A stretch of 64,000 nucleotides of DNA, from positions 4,200 through 68,199 of the forward strand of contig JAMORK010000037.1 of assembly GCA_027063645.1 (NCBI GenBank). The letters are read 5' to 3'. Every line of letters begins with the position of its first letter. Position 1 is the first letter of the stretch. The position numbers and the translations under genes were made by a program. Below are positions 59,196 to 64,000 of the stretch, one piece after another. The notes under the pieces are model-generated. The model did not search any database. It was not told where the DNA came from and was given only the letters and a program-made list of their open reading frames with translations. This DNA is from Sulfurimonas sp. (GTDB lineage Bacteria > Campylobacterota > Campylobacteria > Campylobacterales > Sulfurimonadaceae).

Positions 59196-61333
59196 ACCAA
59201 GAAGAAGATGTAAAATCTTGTCCCGTTATTGCTAATCACATTAAAGTTGCTCTTGTTGGGCAGCCAAATGTTGGAAAGAGTATGCTTATCAATTCTGTAA
59301 GTAATGCTCACTTACATGTTGGAAACTTTTCAGGTGTTACAGTTGATAAAAAAGAGGTATTGTTTGATTATGACAACTATCATTTTACTGTTGTAGATCT
59401 CCCTGGAACCTATGCATTTACAGATTATACCATTGAGGAGCGTGTAACACATGACTACTTGTGTGCAGAGCAATATGACATTATTATCAATGTAGTAGAC
59501 TCAACCAATCTTGAAAAAAACCTACAGCTTACAGCTGAACTGCTTACAATGAGTAAAAAAGTGATTATCGCTTTAAATATGACTGATGAAGCGGAAAAAG
59601 AGGGGATCGAGATTGATGCTGAATATATGTCTGAACTCATTGGTGTTCCATGTATCAAAGTTTCTGCTGTAGCAAAAACAGGGATAGATGAGCTCATCAA
59701 AGCAGTACTCAAAAAACATACAAGTTCTAAAAATAAACCAAAACTTGTTTTTAGTGAGCCTGTTGAAGAGGAGATTGCTCGTCTTGTTTGGTATCTAGAT
59801 AAGCATAAATATAAGGCTAACAATAGCTATAGAAATATAGCTATTAACCTTTTAAAGAACAATAAAAAAACATATGAAAAGTTACATAAAAATCCTATAT
59901 GGACGGAACTACAGCCTATACTGATAGAGGCTAGTAAACACATAGAACTACATCACGATAGCGATGATATCAAAGAAGCTTTCGCTGAGGAGTATGCTTC
60001 TTTTAATCGAGGTATAGTTACTGAAGTAGTAAAACAAAAAAACAATCAAGCAAAAAAAACACTGACTGAAAAAATAGACTCTATCTTAATTCATCCAGTG
60101 TTTGGAATTCCAATTTTCTTATTTTTTATGTGGAGTTTATTTCAGCTAACTTTTGAGATTGGTGCTATTCCAATGGAATATATAGATAGCTTTTTTGGAT
60201 GGTTTGGAGATGTACTTGGTTCAACAATTCAAAATGATGATATGCGCTCTTTAGTTGTTGATGGTATTATTGGTGGAGTGGGTGCCGTAGTTCTTTTTGT
60301 ACCAAATATTGTTATTTTATTTATTGGGATAGCACTCCTAGAGAGTACTGGGTACATGAGTAGGGTTGCCTTTTTGCTTGATGGGTTTTTTCATAAATTT
60401 GGTCTTCATGGACAAAGTTTTATACCACTTGTAACTGGTTTTGGGTGTTCTATCCCTGCATATATGTCTGCACGTATCTTAAAAAATGATAGAGATAGAT
60501 TACTTACTTTATTTATCATAGGGTTTATGTCATGTGGAGCTAGGCTTCCGGTATATGTACTCTTTGCAGGTGCTTTTTTCTCAGCAGATATGGCGGGAAA
60601 TGTTCTTTTTATCATCTATATAAGTGGTGCTATTATGGGTCTAATCGCTGCTAAAGTACTCAAACTTACTGCATTTAAAGGTGTAGATGAACCTTTTGTT
60701 ATGGAAATGCCAAAGTATAGACTTCCAACACTCAAACTAATCTGGCATACAGTACTTGGTGAGACTATGATGTATTTGAAAAAAGCGGGTACTTTTATCG
60801 CAGGTGCTGCGATGCTTATTTGGTTTTTAAGTAATTATCCACATAATTTACAACTTCAAACAGAGTATGCACAAAAAATAGAACAAACACAAGATATTGC
60901 AGAACAGGCAAAGTTAAAGAATGAACTTGCAGAACACTCTTTAGAGCAAAGTTACCTTGGTCGTATAGGTAAGTTTTCAGAGCCAGTTTTTGAACCTTTG
61001 GGTCTTGATTGGAAGATGAGTATTGCACTTCAAGCAGGTATAGCAGCCAAGGAGGTTGTTGTATCAACTCTTGGCGTTTTATACTCTTTAGGAGCAGATG
61101 TCGATGAAAACAGTAGCTCATTAGCAGATGCAATCAGGGCAAATATCCCTTTTGCTTCAGCTGTTTCTTTCATTGTAGTGATTATGATCTACTTACCATG
61201 TTTTGCAGCTAGTATTGTATTTACGCGTGAAGCTGGACATATTAAGTACTTCTTTTACCTCTTCTTTTTCACATCGATAGCAGCATATATTATGGCATTT
61301 ATTGCTTATAATCTTACAAAAATGTTAGTTTAG
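59192..61333 (+). CDS. feoB: Ferrous iron transport protein B
   Basis: GQPNVGKS, VGNFSGVTV, DLPGTY, NMTD, GFGCSIP, MSCGARLP, FVMEMP.Y, AKEVVVST, YLPC. Confidence 0.97.
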   Translation: MNQEEDVKSCPVIANHIKVALVGQPNVGKSMLINSVSNAHLHVGNFSGVTVDKKEVLFDYDNYHFTVVDLPGTYAFTDYTIEERVTHDYLCAEQYDIIINVVDSTNLEKNLQLTAELLTMSKKVIIALNMTDEAEKEGIEIDAEYMSELIGVPCIKVSAVAKTGIDELIKAVLKKHTSSKNKPKLVFSEPVEEEIARLVWYLDKHKYKANNSYRNIAINLLKNNKKTYEKLHKNPIWTELQPILIEASKHIELHHDSDDIKEAFAEEYASFNRGIVTEVVKQKNNQAKKTLTEKIDSILIHPVFGIPIFLFFMWSLFQLTFEIGAIPMEYIDSFFGWFGDVLGSTIQNDDMRSLVVDGIIGGVGAVVLFVPNIVILFIGIALLESTGYMSRVAFLLDGFFHKFGLHGQSFIPLVTGFGCSIPAYMSARILKNDRDRLLTLFIIGFMSCGARLPVYVLFAGAFFSADMAGNVLFIIYISGAIMGLIAAKVLKLTAFKGVDEPFVMEMPKYRLPTLKLIWHTVLGETMMYLKKAGTFIAGAAMLIWFLSNYPHNLQLQTEYAQKIEQTQDIAEQAKLKNELAEHSLEQSYLGRIGKFSEPVFEPLGLDWKMSIALQAGIAAKEVVVSTLGVLYSLGADVDENSSSLADAIRANIPFASAVSFIVVIMIYLPCFAASIVFTREAGHIKYFFYLFFFTSIAAYIMAFIAYNLTKMLV

Positions 61334-61370
61334 GTATACTATTGCTATCTCATTAATTTAGGAAGTTACA

Positions 61371-62108
61371 ATGGCGAAACTGTTAGTTGTTGAAGGAAGT
61401 AACATTGTAAAGGGTGTGTTTAAAGAGATTCTTGATAAAGAAGGGGAGTTTGATTATGAACTTGTTGGGACTTATGAAGAGGCGAAAGAACTTCTTAATA
61501 AAACTAGGTACGAATATGCAATCGTAGAGAGAGTTCTTAAAGATGCTCCCAATGGTGAAATTATTGCACTTCTCAATAAACACAATGTAGCACCTCTTCT
61601 ATTTACAAAAGAGATAGATGAAGATTTTTTTGATTCTTTTGAGGGTGCACAAATTGTAGATTATATTATAAAACATAAATACAATAACATTACCAATGTT
61701 GTAAAAAGATTACAACAGCTTCAATCAAATAAAAAAACAACAGTACTAGTTGTGAATGACTCTCATATATATGGAAGTTATCTTAAACAAAACCTAGTCT
61801 TACACAGTTTTAAAGTTCTGAGTGCAACTAACAACGAAGAAGCTTATGAAAAATTGGAGCTCCATCCTGAGATCTCTCTAGTTGTTTTAGATGATAGCAA
61901 GCCTTATGTTGATGCTATGGAACTTATCAATAAAATAAGACAGTATAAACAAAGTGAAGATATAAAAATATTATATATTGCTCCAGAGAGTAACTCTTAT
62001 GAGACAAGTTCTCTTTTAAGTGCTGGTGCCGATGATTTTATCGTCAAACCTTTTTCTCGCCATGAATTCTACTTAAGAGTTTACCAAAATATTAAAAAAG
62101 TCTGTTAG
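61371..62108 (+). CDS. Tandem receiver-domain protein (REC-REC, no output domain, degenerate)
   Basis: LLVVEGS..AIVERVLKDAPNGEII; VLVVNDS..HPEISLVVLDD..GADDFIVKPFS. Confidence 0.8.
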   Translation: MAKLLVVEGSNIVKGVFKEILDKEGEFDYELVGTYEEAKELLNKTRYEYAIVERVLKDAPNGEIIALLNKHNVAPLLFTKEIDEDFFDSFEGAQIVDYIIKHKYNNITNVVKRLQQLQSNKKTTVLVVNDSHIYGSYLKQNLVLHSFKVLSATNNEEAYEKLELHPEISLVVLDDSKPYVDAMELINKIRQYKQSEDIKILYIAPESNSYETSSLLSAGADDFIVKPFSRHEFYLRVYQNIKKVC

Positions 62109-62117
62109 GATTAGCAC

Positions 62118-62780
62118 ATGCAAAAAATATTAATGATTGAAGATGACTTAGAACTAGCAGAGATACTCACAGAGTATCTTGAGCAGTTTGAGTTTGAGGT
62201 TATCACTGAAGATGACCCTTTTAAAGCCGTAAGTATATTGAAACTTGAACCTTTTGATTTAGTAATACTAGATTTGACTCTACCTGGAATGGATGGGCTT
62301 GAAGTATGTGAAGCAATTCGTGAACGCCAAGATATCCCTATTATTATCTCAAGTGCACGCTCAGATGTAACAGATAAAATAAAAGCACTAGAACTCGGTG
62401 CTGATGATTATATGCCAAAGCCATATGACCCTCGTGAACTTGAAGCACGTATACACTCAGTACTACGTCGTTATGAGGCAAAGAGTGAGCAAAAAGCGGA
62501 AAATAAATCTGATTTTAAATGCGATAAATCTACAATGGTTATTACTTATAAGGGTCGTAATATTGACTTGACAAATGCAGAGTTTGGAATCCTTTCTTAT
62601 ATGATTTCTAAGCAAGGTCTTGTTGTGTCTCGTGAAGATCTCATTCATAATGTAAATGCAATCAATGAAGACTCATCAAACAAAAGTATAGATGTTATGG
62701 TTGGACGTATTCGCAATAAACTTGGAGATAAATCTCTTATTGAATCAGTTCGTGGTGTAGGCTACAAACTTTTAAAATAG
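62118..62780 (+). CDS. OmpR-family response regulator (RacR/ArsR-like)
   Basis: LMIEDD, ILDLTLPGMDG, GADDYMPKP, winged-helix SIDVMVGRIRNKL..IESVRGVGY. Confidence 0.93.
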   Translation: MQKILMIEDDLELAEILTEYLEQFEFEVITEDDPFKAVSILKLEPFDLVILDLTLPGMDGLEVCEAIRERQDIPIIISSARSDVTDKIKALELGADDYMPKPYDPRELEARIHSVLRRYEAKSEQKAENKSDFKCDKSTMVITYKGRNIDLTNAEFGILSYMISKQGLVVSREDLIHNVNAINEDSSNKSIDVMVGRIRNKLGDKSLIESVRGVGYKLLK

Positions 62781-62790
62781 GCAAATTTTT

Positions 62791-64000
62791 TTGAAACAAC
62801 ATGCTGTTCTTATCACGGTTCTTTTTGCACTTTTTGTAACATTAACGAGTGTAAGTGCCATCTTTTGGGAATTTTATAAACTTAATAAACAGCAGTATAT
62901 TGACCATATTTTTACAAAGTATTCAGTTATCGTACAAATCTATAAAGAGCATCAACAGCGAAGAACTTCAGAGGTGATGCTTGAGGCTAATCTTGCTGTC
63001 TATGATCTTCAAATTATTAAAGATAAAAAAACTAAAAATATCATTCAAAAAAAAGCAAAAATACTTAAAGAGGAGGGGTTTAAACGTATTAACTCCTCTG
63101 TAATGTTAAGTGACCAAGGGCTTTATACTCGTAATACTGTCAGTAAACTCAAAGCGATTATGTACGATTATAAGCATGTTATCTACTTTAAGATTGAAGG
63201 CCCATCAGGGCATATAATCATAAAAGATGAGAAGTTGAAGCCCTATAAATATGGAAGTATTTTATATGCTTACTCTACCATTTTTGTTATCATCACACTC
63301 TCATTTTTACTTATACTTCACAAATTACGCCCACTTATTCGCTTGAGAAAAAAGATAGCTCGTTTTGGTGATGGAGATATGAGTGTTTCATTTAAAACAA
63401 ACAATTGTGATGAGATAGGCCTCGTTTCAAATGAGCTAGAATCTGCTAGAGAAAAGATAGAGCAACTTCTGGATTCTCGTACACTCTTTTTACGTAATAT
63501 CATGCATGAACTTAAGACGCCTATAGCCAAGGGAACGATTGCTACACAGATGCTAGATTCACAAAAGCAACGTGATAGATTCAGTTCTATTTTTACCCGT
63601 CTTGAAGCACTTATTAATGAGTTCGCTATGATAGAAGAGGTAACAAGTGATAGTGCAAAAAATGATTTTCATGAGTATAGATTGATTGATATTATTGATG
63701 GTGCTATAGATATGGCGATGGTTGAGAGAGAGCATGTCAGTGTTAATGTCCCAGCAGATATCAAGATAGAAGCCAATTATAGACTCTATACAACAGCAAT
63801 AAAAAATATGATCGATAATGCGATGAAGTACTCTCCTGATGCTCATATAAAGATCCATATGATTAAAAATGAGCTTTGTTTTGATAGTAAGGGGGAGTGT
63901 ATAGCACATCCTCTTCAGTACTATATAGAGCCCTTTACAAAAGATAATCCATCTAAAAATAGTTTTGGACTTGGGCTCTATCTTGTTGATTCGATTTTAA
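62791..64000 (+). CDS. ArsS/RacS-like sensor histidine kinase (3'-truncated by window; not in ORF track)
   Basis: TTG at 62791 opens LKQHAVLITVLFALF...; later DEIGLVSNEL (HAMP), IMHELKTP, NMIDNAMKYS, SFGLGLYLV running off the end. Confidence 0.9.
   Translation, partial: MKQHAVLITVLFALFVTLTSVSAIFWEFYKLNKQQYIDHIFTKYSVIVQIYKEHQQRRTSEVMLEANLAVYDLQIIKDKKTKNIIQKKAKILKEEGFKRINSSVMLSDQGLYTRNTVSKLKAIMYDYKHVIYFKIEGPSGHIIIKDEKLKPYKYGSILYAYSTIFVIITLSFLLILHKLRPLIRLRKKIARFGDGDMSVSFKTNNCDEIGLVSNELESAREKIEQLLDSRTLFLRNIMHELKTPIAKGTIATQMLDSQKQRDRFSSIFTRLEALINEFAMIEEVTSDSAKNDFHEYRLIDIIDGAIDMAMVEREHVSVNVPADIKIEANYRLYTTAIKNMIDNAMKYSPDAHIKIHMIKNELCFDSKGECIAHPLQYYIEPFTKDNPSKNSFGLGLYLVDSIL

Noticed and set aside
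1-64000. rRNA, tRNA, prophage, integrase/transposase or selenoprotein readthrough
   Set aside because: Intergenic gaps are short and I saw no cloverleaf or rRNA-like sequence and no mobile-element proteins. The redox proteins (TrxA, TrxB, AhpC) have ordinary Cys codons at their active sites. A tRNAscan/Infernal run would be needed to exclude RNA genes formally.

Overview
AT-rich chromosomal window from a Campylobacterota bacterium. Gene content and order (nuoC-N followed by pflA; cheZ-U32-purE-DUF3972-glyQ; fdxA-ndk-yceD-rpmF-plsX-fabH) suggest a Sulfurimonas-like organism, by inference. Bases 1-16.5 kb hold an atypical complex I operon with no NuoF. In its place are a 75-aa NuoE/NuoX-like protein, a 677-aa fusion of a NuoF-type Fe-S motif to a GltD/NfnB-like flavoprotein, and two tandem NuoG paralogs. 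The rest is mostly housekeeping and signalling genes: pflA, dapB, trxAB, hisJ, cheZ, purE, glyQ, recG, nhaA, ahpC, metK, ndk, plsX, fabH, a DEAD-box helicase, rmuC, mscS, pssA, feoAB with Fur-like boxes, two diguanylate cyclases, a hybrid kinase and an OmpR-type two-component pair. The most interesting feature absent from the ORF track is a ~300-bp cassette between glyQ and recG. It has its own promoter, GNRA-type hairpins, two small hydrophobic ORFs (25 and 35 aa), a sequestered SD, 5'-3' long-range pairing and a convergent antisense extended -10, which together resemble a type I toxin-antitoxin locus. Also notable are a BRCT-like/helical-repeat + MoxR AAA + vWA operon whose protease motif appears degenerate, and a signal-peptide-bearing glutaminase next to an OprD-like porin. 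I saw no rRNA, tRNA, CRISPR array or transposase. All family calls come from reading motifs by eye, with no database searches.
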